Shown one piece after another: positions 47,151 to 56,579 of a stretch of DNA of 64,000 nucleotides. Position 1 is the first letter of the stretch, and every line of letters begins with the position of its first letter. The stretch comes from Treponemataceae bacterium (GTDB taxonomy: Bacteria > Spirochaetota > Spirochaetia > Treponematales > Treponemataceae): NCBI GenBank assembly GCA_036307825.1, contig JAXJWW010000104.1:10678-74677 (forward strand). Direction: 5' to 3'. The notes below the pieces were generated by a model. That model was not told the DNA's origin. It saw only the letters and a list, made by a program, of their open reading frames with translations, and did not search any database. A program made the translations under genes and the position numbers.

Positions 47151-48053
47151 ATGAAAACAAATGAAAAAAGAATTTTGAGTTATTTAATTATTTTAGTTGT
47201 TTATGTTCTTGCAACTATTGGTGGAATTTTTACTTATCATTTTTTAGATGTTTCAATTCCATTTTATTGGCGACTTTTAGTTGCTGATGTTGTTGCAACT
47301 GTTATCACTTTTTTGTTTAGCGTAATTTTCAAAAACGCTTCTGTTTATGACCCATACTGGAGTGTACAACCACCAGTAATTTTACTTGCATTTGCAATCG
47401 GAAAAGAAATCACAGTTTTAAGATTACTTTTATTGATTGCAGTTTTTATTTGGGCTATCAGACTTACCGCAAACTGGGCATACACTTTCAAAGGATTAGA
47501 CCATCAAGATTGGCGATACACAATGTTAAAAGAAAAAACCAAGTTCTTTTATCCTTTTGTAAATTTTGTGGGAATTCACATGGTGCCAACATTGATAGTT
47601 TACGCTTGTATTCTTCCGGCAGTTTTTGTTTTTCAAAGTGAACAAGCCGAATTTTCTTGGATAAATATTTTGTGTTTTGCACTTTCAATTTTTGCCGTAA
47701 TTTTGCAAGGAACTGCTGATATTCAAATGCACAAATTCAGAAAAAATAAAAGCAAAGATTCTTCAAATACTTCAACCTACGGCTTTATAAGAGAAGGCGT
47801 TTGGAAATATTCTCGCCATCCAAATTATCTTGCAGAAATTTTAATGTGGTGGGGAATTGGACTTTCATCATTTTTTGCATTGAATAAAAATCCTGTAATG
47901 TTAATTGGTGCCTTTGTAAATACACTTTTGTTTTTGTTCATCAGTATTCCTTTAGCAGAAGGACATCAATCCAGAAAAGAAGGCTTTGAACAATACAAAA
48001 AAGAAACTAGAATGTTACTTCCTTTACCTAAAATGACAAAGGAAACAAAATAA
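47151..48053 (+). CDS. DUF1295 / steroid 5-alpha-reductase-like membrane protein
   Basis: YSRHPNYLAEILMWWG C-terminal motif. Polytopic. Confidence 0.6.
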   Translation: MKTNEKRILSYLIILVVYVLATIGGIFTYHFLDVSIPFYWRLLVADVVATVITFLFSVIFKNASVYDPYWSVQPPVILLAFAIGKEITVLRLLLLIAVFIWAIRLTANWAYTFKGLDHQDWRYTMLKEKTKFFYPFVNFVGIHMVPTLIVYACILPAVFVFQSEQAEFSWINILCFALSIFAVILQGTADIQMHKFRKNKSKDSSNTSTYGFIREGVWKYSRHPNYLAEILMWWGIGLSSFFALNKNPVMLIGAFVNTLLFLFISIPLAEGHQSRKEGFEQYKKETRMLLPLPKMTKETK

Positions 48054-48078
48054 AATTATATTTTTAAAAGAGGTTTTT

Positions 48079-48750
48079 ATGAATAAAAAAGAAAATTTAA
48101 TTTCAGCAATTTCAAAACTTTTACTTGTAGTTGGAGTTATTATTGGTGTTTGGGCATCTTTACTTCAAGAAGGATTTTTTAACCCAAAACATTTTTTATA
48201 TTACACAATTCAAAGTAATATTGAAATCGGAATTATCAGTTTAATTAGTTTGTTTTTCTTGCTCAGAAAAAATGGACAAATTCCACAAGTTGTTTACACT
48301 TTAAAATTTATTTTTACTGTAGCAATAACTTTAACAGGTTTAGTTTTTAATTTTATTTTGTATCCAGCAAGTATATTTAGTACTCATCCATTAAATCCAT
48401 TGTCTACAGCAAACTTTTTTACACACATTTTTGTTCCAATTTTATCTTTGGTAGATTTTTTTGCTTTCGACTATAAATTGAAAATCACTAAAAAAACTTT
48501 TTTACTAGGATTGATAACTCCACTTATCTACTTTATCTTTGTAATGTTCTGCACAAAAGTTGGAATTAGATTTAACGGAAATCTATTTGTTCCATATTTC
48601 TTTTTAGACTACAAAGCAAATTCTTGGTTCCAACTTGGCGATGGAAAAATCGGAGTTTTTTATTGGGTTATAATTCAAGTTCTTATTGTACTTTTAATTA
48701 GTTCAGTTTTACTTTTCTTTATGAAAAAAAGAAAGAATAAGAATTTTTAA
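48079..48750 (+). CDS. hypothetical integral membrane protein
   Basis: 223 aa, about 6 TM. AGAGG SD. Confidence 0.5.
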   Translation: MNKKENLISAISKLLLVVGVIIGVWASLLQEGFFNPKHFLYYTIQSNIEIGIISLISLFFLLRKNGQIPQVVYTLKFIFTVAITLTGLVFNFILYPASIFSTHPLNPLSTANFFTHIFVPILSLVDFFAFDYKLKITKKTFLLGLITPLIYFIFVMFCTKVGIRFNGNLFVPYFFLDYKANSWFQLGDGKIGVFYWVIIQVLIVLLISSVLLFFMKKRKNKNF

Positions 48751-48780
48751 TTTTACTAAAATTTAACTTTGGAGGAAAAA

Positions 48781-49932
48781 ATGAAAATTACAAACGATAT
48801 TAAATATGTTGGTGTAAATGACCACGAAATAGATTTATTTGAAGGACAATTTATCGTTCCGAATGGAATGTCATACAATTCATATATCATTATAGACGAA
48901 AAAATTGCTGTAATGGATTCAGTTGATGCAAACTTTGGCGACCAATGGATTTCAAATATCAAAAATGAACTTGCAGGAAAATCACCAGATTATCTTGTAG
49001 TTCATCATATGGAAATGGATCATTCTGCTAACATCAAAAAATTTATGGAAACATTTCCAACTGCAAAAATTGTTTCTTCTAAACTTGCCTTTGTAATGAT
49101 GAAAAATTATTTTGGAACTGATTTTTCAGAAAATCAAATTGTGGTTACAGAAGGAAGCACACTTGAACTTGGAAAACACACACTTAACTTTGTATCAGCA
49201 CCTAATGTACACTGGCCAGAAGTTATAATGTCTTACGAAAGCACAGACAAAGTTTTGTTCAGCGCCGACGGTTTTGGAAAATTTGGTGCATTAGATGTTG
49301 AAGAAGAATGGGCTTGTGAAGCTAGACGATACTATTTTGGAATTGTTGGAAAATTTGGCGATGCAGTTCAGTCTGTGCTAAAAAAACTTTCTGGAATTGA
49401 TGTAAAAATCATCTGTCCTTTGCATGGTCCAGTTTTATCAGAAAATCTTGAATACTACATAAATCTTTACAACACTTGGTCATCTTACGGCGTAGAATCA
49501 GAAGGTGTTTTTGTTGCTTATACTTCAGTTTACGGAAATACAAAAAAAGCAGTTGAAAAATTTGCAGAAATTCTAAAAGAAAAAGGATGTGCAAAAGTTG
49601 CTGTGGCAGATTTAGCCCGTGAAGATATGGCTGAATGTGTAGAAGATGCTTTTAGATACGGAAAAATTATTTTAGCAACAACAACTTACACAAACGATAT
49701 TTTTCCATTCATGAAAGAATTTATTCATCACCTAACAGACAGAAATTATCAAAACCGAAAAATCGGCTTAATTGAAAATGGAACTTGGAATCCACTTGCT
49801 GCAAAAGTTATGACAAAGATGTTTGAAAATAGCAAGAATATAACTTTCTGTCCAACAGTTGTAACTATCAAAACTGCAATGAACGATGAAACTGTAAACG
49901 AATTAGAAAAACTTGCAGAAGAAATTTTGTAA
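48781..49932 (+). CDS. FprA-family A-type flavoprotein (flavodiiron protein)
   Basis: Diiron motif HHMEMDHS in a metallo-beta-lactamase-like domain, plus a C-terminal flavodoxin-like domain. ATG 48781 follows GGAGG. Confidence 0.8.
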   Translation: MKITNDIKYVGVNDHEIDLFEGQFIVPNGMSYNSYIIIDEKIAVMDSVDANFGDQWISNIKNELAGKSPDYLVVHHMEMDHSANIKKFMETFPTAKIVSSKLAFVMMKNYFGTDFSENQIVVTEGSTLELGKHTLNFVSAPNVHWPEVIMSYESTDKVLFSADGFGKFGALDVEEEWACEARRYYFGIVGKFGDAVQSVLKKLSGIDVKIICPLHGPVLSENLEYYINLYNTWSSYGVESEGVFVAYTSVYGNTKKAVEKFAEILKEKGCAKVAVADLAREDMAECVEDAFRYGKIILATTTYTNDIFPFMKEFIHHLTDRNYQNRKIGLIENGTWNPLAAKVMTKMFENSKNITFCPTVVTIKTAMNDETVNELEKLAEEIL

Positions 49933-49962
49933 AAATTGAATAAAATTTATTCTAAAAAAAAT

Positions 49963-50021
49963 GCTTTTCGATAAAACAGAAAATGAGAAATTCACTTTTG
50001 TTTATCGGGAAGCTTTTTTTT
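49963..50021 (+). terminator. rho-independent terminator
   Basis: GCTTTTCGATAAAACA / TGTTTATCGGGAAGC imperfect stem followed by T8. Confidence 0.5.
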
Positions 50022-50034
50022 GTAATACAAATTC

Positions 50035-50898
50035 TTACATCAACACAAGTGGGCGTCTTTTACAAGAAAAATCTACCTTGCCATCTCTTAAAGTTTTATG
50101 GAGAGCAAAAAAATCTTGTCTTGAAAAAAGTTTACAACCTAAATCAACTTTGTATGGAATAAACATTCCAAAGTCCCAGTATTCTAAATTTTTTTCTTGC
50201 AAGAATTTGCAAAGGGCTGACATTTGAATATTTCCAACATGATTTCGTTTTCTGAATCCAGAAAGGCTACTGTACAAATTACCATTTCTAAAACCAATTT
50301 CGCCTGCAACTAATTCATTTGTGGTTTTATCCCAAACTTCAACACTGTGAATTTTTGTTCCGTATTTTGTTGGAGTTCCATAATGAATTTGCCTAAAACC
50401 ATCTACCAATAGTGGAGTAAGCCAAGTTTTTTCGTATGTTTCTAAAATGTTTTTTACACAACCTTCAAAATCTTCATCGATAGAAAATTCAAGATTATCG
50501 CAATATTTTGATAATTTTTTTGAAAAATGTGCTTCTGTAAGTTTTAAAACGGCTCTGTCTTTGTGATGTTTTACAAGAAAAAATTCGTTTAATGGAAAAT
50601 TCTCCATATCGTCCATAGAATTGCTTAAACAATCTGCCATGGGAAATAAGCCTTTGTAACAAACTGCATCAATCCATTCCGGAGAAAAATCAAAACCAAA
50701 TACATATTCACTATCAGGATTGTATAGGAAGAATTCTAAATTATCCAAGTCTTCTTCAGTTTGAACAAAGCCTCCACCATACGCTTCAGTTAAAAGATTC
50801 AAATATGAAGGAAAAACTTCTTTAAAAAAATGGTCAAAATAAGCTTCGTCGTCTTGTTCCATGGATAAAATTATAGGTTTCAAAGTAAAGGTAGTCAA
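50035..50898 (-). CDS. aat: leucyl/phenylalanyl-tRNA--protein transferase family protein
   Basis: GLFPM, HFSKKLSK, HSVEVW...LVAGEIG and SGF...GNIQM blocks follow the Aat order. Extended N-terminus. TTG start uncertain. Confidence 0.55.
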   Translation of the reverse strand: MTTFTLKPIILSMEQDDEAYFDHFFKEVFPSYLNLLTEAYGGGFVQTEEDLDNLEFFLYNPDSEYVFGFDFSPEWIDAVCYKGLFPMADCLSNSMDDMENFPLNEFFLVKHHKDRAVLKLTEAHFSKKLSKYCDNLEFSIDEDFEGCVKNILETYEKTWLTPLLVDGFRQIHYGTPTKYGTKIHSVEVWDKTTNELVAGEIGFRNGNLYSSLSGFRKRNHVGNIQMSALCKFLQEKNLEYWDFGMFIPYKVDLGCKLFSRQDFFALHKTLRDGKVDFSCKRRPLVLM

Positions 50899-50946
50899 GG
50901 AATTTTATTTTTACAACATAAGAAAATAATTTGCAATAAAAAAAGA

Positions 50947-50976
50947 TTGAAAATTTATTGTTAGCAATGTTAAAAT
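50947..50976 (+). promoter_or_regulatory. sigma70-like promoter with leaderless-type ATG at 50983
   Basis: TTGAAA-18-TAAAAT. 6-nt gap to ATG 50983, which is out of frame with the helicase ORF. Confidence 0.5.
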
Positions 50977-50982
50977 AAAAAA

Positions 50983-51133
50983 ATGAATATCGTTAAAAAT
51001 ATTTTTTTTTAAAAACAAAAAGACAAAAAATAACACCATCAATACAGATAACGAAATATTTACAAGAACAACTCAAGAACAGCAAATAAAACAATCTCAA
51101 GAAGATACACAAAATTTTGAATTAACTTGCGAA
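50983..51133 (+). other. interrupted 5' extension of the helicase gene (T9 tract 51002-51010)
   Basis: ATG 50983 reads MNIVKNIFF then TAA. The helicase frame is open from 50987 with no in-frame ATG/GTG/TTG before 51134. One fewer T fuses the two. Confidence 0.6.
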
Positions 51134-52408
51134 ATGCAAGATGCAATAAACTCAATAAAAAATCCTAAAAATCAAATTATTTGGATATATGGAAAAGCAG
51201 GAACTGGTAAATCAACTTTTCTTAATTATCTAAAAAATACGGTAAAACAAAAAAACACAGTATATCTTGCGCCAACTGGTATGTCAGCATTGCTTATATC
51301 AGGTCAAACAATTCATAGTTTTTTTCAAATTCAACCAACTTCTTTGTACATACAAAACAAAAGTAAGTCTAATTACAATAGAAGTCTATTAAACAAACTT
51401 TCGAGAGTAGATTTAATTGTTATTGATGAAATTTCAATGGTAAGAGCTGATTTGTTAGATGAAATTGATTACGAACTTAGAATTGCTACAGAAAATGACA
51501 CCCCTTTTGGTGGAATAAAAATGTTATTTTTAGGAGATCCATATCAGTTGCCTCCTGTGCTAGATAAAAATGTACAAAATATTTTTATGACGAAATATAA
51601 AAGTGCATACTTTTTTTCTTCAACTGTAATTAGGAATAATTTAAGTCTAATAACTCATATTGAATTTACAAAAGTTTTTAGACAAACTGATGAAAATTTC
51701 CTAAATATTTTGTCGTCTTTACGATTAGCAGAAAATATTACAACAAATACATTGGATAGTATAAACTCAAGAATTATTTATGATGAAGAAATTCCAAAAA
51801 ACATTATTCGTATTACAGGAACAAAAGCACAAGCAGAAAATTATAATTTAGTAGAATATACAAAAATAAATTCCCAAGAAAGAACTTTTATATACACTGG
51901 TGAAGGCAATATTCCACAAGACAAAGATCTCCCTTGTCCTAAAAACATAAAATTAAAAATCGGAACACAAATTTTATTAATTGCAAATGATCAAGGAAAA
52001 AGTTATGTAAACGGAACAGTAGCAACTATAACAGACTTTAAAGATGATTATATAATCGCTAAAAAAGAGAATGGGGCTGAAATATTTATAAAACGACATA
52101 CATGGGAAGGTATAAAATATGATTTAGTCGATGGCGAAATTGTCGAAAAAATTGATTATACATATACTCAATATCCAATACTTTATGGTTGGGCAATGAC
52201 AATTCATAAAGCACAAGGAAAAACATTCGAAAAAGTCTATATAGACCTTTCTACAGGACCATTTACAGAAGGACAAGCTTATGTTGCAGTATCTCGTGTA
52301 AAAAGTATTGACGGTTTATATTTGAAAACAAAATTATACACTAGAGATTTTTTTACTAATGGTATAATAAAAAAATATTTTAACTATATAAAATTGCTAA
52401 AAAAATAA
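51134..52408 (+). CDS. PIF1/RecD-like SF1 DNA helicase
   Basis: Walker A GKAGTGKST, Walker B LIVIDEISMV, GDPYQLPPV, TIHKAQGKTF and YVAVSRVKS motifs. The conserved N-terminal FELTCEMQDAI lies upstream of the first in-frame ATG. Confidence 0.8.
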   Translation: MQDAINSIKNPKNQIIWIYGKAGTGKSTFLNYLKNTVKQKNTVYLAPTGMSALLISGQTIHSFFQIQPTSLYIQNKSKSNYNRSLLNKLSRVDLIVIDEISMVRADLLDEIDYELRIATENDTPFGGIKMLFLGDPYQLPPVLDKNVQNIFMTKYKSAYFFSSTVIRNNLSLITHIEFTKVFRQTDENFLNILSSLRLAENITTNTLDSINSRIIYDEEIPKNIIRITGTKAQAENYNLVEYTKINSQERTFIYTGEGNIPQDKDLPCPKNIKLKIGTQILLIANDQGKSYVNGTVATITDFKDDYIIAKKENGAEIFIKRHTWEGIKYDLVDGEIVEKIDYTYTQYPILYGWAMTIHKAQGKTFEKVYIDLSTGPFTEGQAYVAVSRVKSIDGLYLKTKLYTRDFFTNGIIKKYFNYIKLLKK

Positions 52409-52418
52409 TCCTACCCTG

Positions 52419-52454
52419 CCCCGTAAAAATTTTTCTTTACGGGGTTATTTTTTT
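52419..52454 (+). terminator. rho-independent terminator of the helicase gene
   Basis: CCCCGTAAA / TTTACGGGG stem followed by TTATTTTTTT. Confidence 0.75.
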
Positions 52455-52529
52455 ACACTTCCCTATTTTCAACTTCATTCAAAAAATCGTAAATTCCGTC
52501 TTGGGACAAAATTCCGCGTTTTAAGTTTT
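52446..52529. repeat. direct repeat copy 1 (orphan duplicate of the 3' end of gene 53252-53545)
   Basis: About 84 nt nearly identical to 53245-53329. Minus-strand reading gives ...LKRGILSQDGIYDFLNEVENREV. Confidence 0.9.
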
Positions 52530-52585
52530 TTTTACTCTACACAAGTGATATAAACTGTGGTATATTTAAGCATAGGAGGATTGAA

Positions 52586-52834
52586 ATGCCATACACGCTG
52601 GTTGAAGAAAAAATTTCTCAAATTTCTAGTGAATTTCAACAAGAACTTATTGATTTTGTAGATTTCTTGCTTTACAAACAAAATTTACAGACAGAAAAAA
52701 ATTCAATTTCTCAAGAAAAACAAAAAAAACTTGATGCCCTTAATGCTATTTCTGGAATTTTAACGACAGAAGAATCAAATGCCATAAATGACTCAATTTC
52801 AGCGGGAATAAAATGCAAGGAAATTCAGTTATGA
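52586..52834 (+). CDS. antitoxin of the VapC module (DUF2281-like)
   Basis: 82 aa. AGGAGG SD. ATGA overlap with the PIN toxin gene. N-terminal SEFQQELIDFVDFLLYKQ resembles DUF2281 antitoxins. Confidence 0.6.
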   Translation: MPYTLVEEKISQISSEFQQELIDFVDFLLYKQNLQTEKNSISQEKQKKLDALNAISGILTTEESNAINDSISAGIKCKEIQL

Positions 52835-53229
52835 CATATTTTTTAGATACAAATATTATAAGTTATATATTAAATGGAAATACTAATGTCAAAAATAGAA
52901 TAGAGGAACTTATTTTACAGGATAATAATATTTCAGTTCCTATATTTGCTTATTATGAAATAAAAAGAGGTTTACTTTCTGTTGGTGCAACTGCAAAATT
53001 TGAACGTTTTGATAATTTTGTAAAAGTTTGTAATCTTGTAAATGTAGATATATCTACTTTTGATTTAGCATCTCAAATTTATGCACAATTAAAACAGACT
53101 GGAAATCTTATTGAAGATGCAGATTTACTCATCGGTGTATCAGCATTAGAACACAATGCAATTTTAATTACAAATAATGCTAACCATCTTCAAAGAATTC
53201 CAAATTTACAAATAGAAGTTATAAATTAA
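52831..53229 (+). CDS. vapC: type II toxin VapC (PIN domain ribonuclease)
   Basis: MTYFLDTNIISYIL N-terminal Asp, central acidic residues, C-terminal LITNNANHL. Start set at ATG 52831, overlapping the antitoxin stop. Confidence 0.8.
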   Translation: MTYFLDTNIISYILNGNTNVKNRIEELILQDNNISVPIFAYYEIKRGLLSVGATAKFERFDNFVKVCNLVNVDISTFDLASQIYAQLKQTGNLIEDADLLIGVSALEHNAILITNNANHLQRIPNLQIEVIN

Positions 53230-53244
53230 ATCATTTTCTTCTGA

Positions 53245-53329
53245 TATTTTTTTACTCTTCCCTATTTTCAACTTCACACAAAAAATCGTAAATTCCGTCT
53301 TGGGACAAAATTCCGCATTTTAAAGTTTT
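53245..53329. repeat. direct repeat copy 2 (functional 3' end of gene 53252-53545)
   Basis: Matches 52446-52529 with a handful of substitutions and a 1-nt indel. Confidence 0.9.
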
Positions 53330-53545
53330 GGGTAAAAGATTTTGTTCATCAAGTTGGTAGTCTTTTAGCCATTTGCCACTTTCATAATAATTAGTTAGAG
53401 ATTTTAATTTTTTTTGTAAATTTTTGTTTTTATAAAATTCCTCTTTGGATTTTTCAAAAGAAAATCTAAGGTCGTCAAAAAATTTTTCCATTTTGATTAT
53501 TCGAGAAACTGCAATTTTCAATTTTATTCTTTCTAAAAAACTCAT
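53252..53545 (-). CDS. small conserved hypothetical protein (DUF4298-like)
   Basis: 97 aa. YYESGKWLKDYQLDEQNLLPKTLKCGILSQDGIYDFL block. Confidence 0.5.
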   Translation of the reverse strand: MSFLERIKLKIAVSRIIKMEKFFDDLRFSFEKSKEEFYKNKNLQKKLKSLTNYYESGKWLKDYQLDEQNLLPKTLKCGILSQDGIYDFLCEVENREE

Positions 53546-53546
53546 T

Positions 53547-54878
53547 CTAATATCTATATTTTTTTCGGAATTTGATTAAAAAGATAATTGTTGTGATACA
53601 AGCTAAAACATCGGCAATAACCATAGAAAACCAAATTCCTTTTAAGCCAAAAATAAGGGGAAGAACCAAAATCGTTACGATTTGAAAAACTAAAGTTCTT
53701 AAAAAAGAAATTAGAGCAGAAATCAATCCATTATTTAAACTTGTAAAAAATCCACTTCCAAAAATATTTATTCCAGCAAATACAAATGAAATAATACTAA
53801 TTCTTGCTCCAGCAACTGACATTTCCATTAAATCTTTATCGTAACTTGCAAAAATTGAAACTAAAGGACGAGCAAAAACTTCGGCAAAGGCAACAAGAAA
53901 AAGTCCACCTAAAGTAATTATTGTTAAACTTTTTTTGAACATATTTTTAAGTTCATCATAGTTTTTTGCCCCGTAATGATAACTAACGATAGGACTACTT
54001 CCCATAGAATATCCAAGGAAAATTGCAATAAAGATAAAACCTAAATACATCAATACACCGTAAGCGGCAACACCAGTTTCTCCTGCGTATTTCATCAACT
54101 GAAGATTAAACAAAATTCCAACGATAGAAGCAGATAAGTTGTTTACCATTTCAGAAGATCCATTTGTGCAAGTTTTCAAAAATACTTTAGGATAAAATTG
54201 AGTTTTTCCAAGACGTAAAGGACTAGAATTATTTTTTCTGCAAAAATACACAATTGGAATAATTCCGCCAACACAATATCCGATAACAGTAGCAAATCCA
54301 GCCCCAGCAATTCCCCAGTCAAACAAAGCAATAAAAACATAATCCAAAATCATGTTTGTACAACCAGCAGCGATTGTTACTCGTAAACTATAATTAGGTT
54401 TTTCTGCCACAACATAAAAACTTTGAAACATTACTTGAATCATGTAAGCAGGAACAAAGGCAAATAAAATTCTTCCGTAGATAACACAATTTTTTAAAAG
54501 TTCACCTTCGGCTCCTAAAAACCTAGCAACTGGTTCAGCAACAAAAATTCCGATAACTGCAAAAATTAAACCTAAAAAAATTCCTACATAAACAATCATG
54601 GAAAAATATCGATTTGCAAGTTCACTTTTTCCTTCGCCTAAAGTTGCAGATACAATAGCACTTCCACCAGTTGCAAGCATAAAACCAACGGTGCTAACTC
54701 CCATAATAAGCGGCATCATCAAATTTATTGCGGCAAAAGAAGTTTTTCCCACAAAGTTAGAAACAAAAAATCCGTCTACAACGCTATACATTGATGTAAA
54801 AATCATCATCATAACAGACGGAAATACATACCTAAAAAGTTTTTTGTATGTAAAATGGTCACTGAGTTGAATATTCAT
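53547..54878 (-). CDS. MATE family efflux transporter
   Basis: 443 aa, 12 TM, MATE-like N-terminal segment. Confidence 0.8.
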   Translation of the reverse strand: MNIQLSDHFTYKKLFRYVFPSVMMMIFTSMYSVVDGFFVSNFVGKTSFAAINLMMPLIMGVSTVGFMLATGGSAIVSATLGEGKSELANRYFSMIVYVGIFLGLIFAVIGIFVAEPVARFLGAEGELLKNCVIYGRILFAFVPAYMIQVMFQSFYVVAEKPNYSLRVTIAAGCTNMILDYVFIALFDWGIAGAGFATVIGYCVGGIIPIVYFCRKNNSSPLRLGKTQFYPKVFLKTCTNGSSEMVNNLSASIVGILFNLQLMKYAGETGVAAYGVLMYLGFIFIAIFLGYSMGSSPIVSYHYGAKNYDELKNMFKKSLTIITLGGLFLVAFAEVFARPLVSIFASYDKDLMEMSVAGARISIISFVFAGINIFGSGFFTSLNNGLISALISFLRTLVFQIVTILVLPLIFGLKGIWFSMVIADVLACITTIIFLIKFRKKYRY

Positions 54879-54890
54879 ATTTTTTATTTT

Positions 54891-55478
54891 CTAAAAAAAG
54901 AATCCTTTTATAAAAATTTCAATTCCGATAAAAACTAAAATACAGCCGCCAAAAATTGTAGCTTTACCAGAAAGTTTTGTTCCAAATTTTTTACCTAAAA
55001 TTAAACCTAAAATACAAATAATAAATGTTACAAGAGCAATTATCAAAGCACAAACTAAAGCCATAAAAAAGTCATACTCTGAAATTGTACAGCCAACTGA
55101 AAGTGCATCAATAGAAGTTGCAATTCCTTGAATTAACAAGGCTGAAAATCCTAATTTTACACTTGATGATTCATCTTCATCAGAAGATTCATTTTTACCT
55201 TCGATAATCATTTTTATTCCAATAAAGCAAAGAAGAATTAAAGCTATCCAAGGAATAAAAAACTGAATTTTGCTAAAATATTTACATAAATTATGAACTA
55301 AAAACCAACCCAAAAGAGGCATCATCGCTTGAAAAAAAGCAAAAACTCCAGCAATCAAACACATTCGTTTTCGTTGCATTTTTGGCTCATTTAATCCATT
55401 TGCTAAAGAAACGGAAAAAGCGTCCATAGCAAGACCAACGCCCAATAAAATACTATTAAAGAAAAAAACAAAATTCAT
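54891..55478 (-). CDS. mntP: manganese efflux pump MntP
   Basis: 195 aa, 6 TM. Duplicated DAFSVS / DALSVG motifs. Confidence 0.8.
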   Translation of the reverse strand: MNFVFFFNSILLGVGLAMDAFSVSLANGLNEPKMQRKRMCLIAGVFAFFQAMMPLLGWFLVHNLCKYFSKIQFFIPWIALILLCFIGIKMIIEGKNESSDEDESSSVKLGFSALLIQGIATSIDALSVGCTISEYDFFMALVCALIIALVTFIICILGLILGKKFGTKLSGKATIFGGCILVFIGIEIFIKGFFF

Positions 55479-55550
55479 AAACTCTACCTAAATAAAAAAT
55501 GAAGAAAAGATTATTTTTCAATTTTATATTTTTAAAGGGCGAAAGAATAA

Positions 55551-55639
55551 TGTCATCCTGAACCTCATGCTTAGCATGTGATGTTTCAGAATCTTAATAC
55601 AACGCGTAGTATAGATTCCGAAATAAATTCGGAATGACA
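55551..55639. repeat. palindromic REP/MITE-like intergenic element, copy 2
   Basis: tgtcatcctgaac ... gtttcaga ... attccgaaataaattcggaatgaca. Nested hairpins. Termini tgtcat/atgaca pair. Related to 9977-10047. Confidence 0.6.
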
Positions 55640-55658
55640 TTTTACCCATTAAACAAAA

Positions 55659-56579
55659 TTATTTTTTTGCAATTAAAGAATAAACTCGGTCTAAGTCGTC
55701 TGCAGAAAAATATTCAATTGAAATTGAACCTCTTTCAAGACTTCCTTTTATTGCAACCTTTGTCCCCAAAACACCAATCAATTCTTGTTCAACAGAAACT
55801 AAATCTGGGTCACGATTTTCTACAGGAACTGAAGAAGTTTTTTTAGAAGTCTTATCTGAAGGTTTGTAAGTTCCGTTCATTTCAGAAGCTAAGCGTTCAG
55901 CTTCTCGAACAGAAAGTCCTGAACCAGTAATTTTTGCAAAAAGTATTCTTTGGTCTGTTCCATTTACAACTGACAAAATTGCTCTTGCATGTCCTGCAGA
56001 AATTACACCTTCAGAAAGTGAGCGTTGCATATCTTCTGGAAGTTTTAAAAGTCGTAAAGCATTTGCTACAGTTGAACGATTTTTTCCAACTCGCTTAGAA
56101 ACTTCTTCCTGAGAAAGATTCGACATTTCCATCAACTGTTGATAAGCCTGTGCTTCTTCCAAAGGATTTAAATTTTCTCGCTGGATATTTTCAATCAAGG
56201 CAACTTCAAGCATTTTTTCTGGAGAATAATTTTTTACACAAGCAGGAATTTTTGTTAAACCAGCAAGTTTTGCGGCACGAGTTCGGCGCTCTCCACCAAC
56301 GATATAATATCCGCCATCAGCACATTCTGTAATGATAATTGGCTCGATAACTCCATCTTCTTTGATAGATTCAGAAAGTTCTTTCAAAGCCTCATCAGAA
56401 AATTCTTTTCTTGGCTGATACGGATTTGCTTTTAACTTAGAAATCTCTACTTCAAAAAGAGAATCTGCTTCACCTTTTTTATTTTTTGATAATCCACCAA
56501 CAGTTGTTAATTCATCAATTTCAATATCATCAGTTGAAAAAACGGCGGCAGCACCTTTTCCTAACGCATTCTTAGCCAC
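55659..56579 (-). CDS. parB: chromosome partitioning protein ParB/Spo0J
   Basis: GGERRTRAAKLAG ParB box and HTH. GTG 56579 preferred (GAGGTGA SD 6 nt upstream). The track ORF starts at TTG 56585. Confidence 0.9.
   Translation of the reverse strand: MAKNALGKGAAAVFSTDDIEIDELTTVGGLSKNKKGEADSLFEVEISKLKANPYQPRKEFSDEALKELSESIKEDGVIEPIIITECADGGYYIVGGERRTRAAKLAGLTKIPACVKNYSPEKMLEVALIENIQRENLNPLEEAQAYQQLMEMSNLSQEEVSKRVGKNRSTVANALRLLKLPEDMQRSLSEGVISAGHARAILSVVNGTDQRILFAKITGSGLSVREAERLASEMNGTYKPSDKTSKKTSSVPVENRDPDLVSVEQELIGVLGTKVAIKGSLERGSISIEYFSADDLDRVYSLIAKK

Noticed and set aside
55479-55658. Looked for a yybP-ykoY Mn2+ riboswitch upstream of mntP, where one is commonly found
   Set aside because: The minus-strand leader contains no GGGGAGTAG-type conserved core. 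The structured part is explained by the REP-like palindrome. A covariance-model scan would be needed to exclude a divergent riboswitch.
55634-55846. 70-aa plus-strand ORF between mntP and parB
   Set aside because: It starts inside the palindromic REP-like element and runs antisense through the parB 3' end. It is a typical artefact ORF generated by such repeats.
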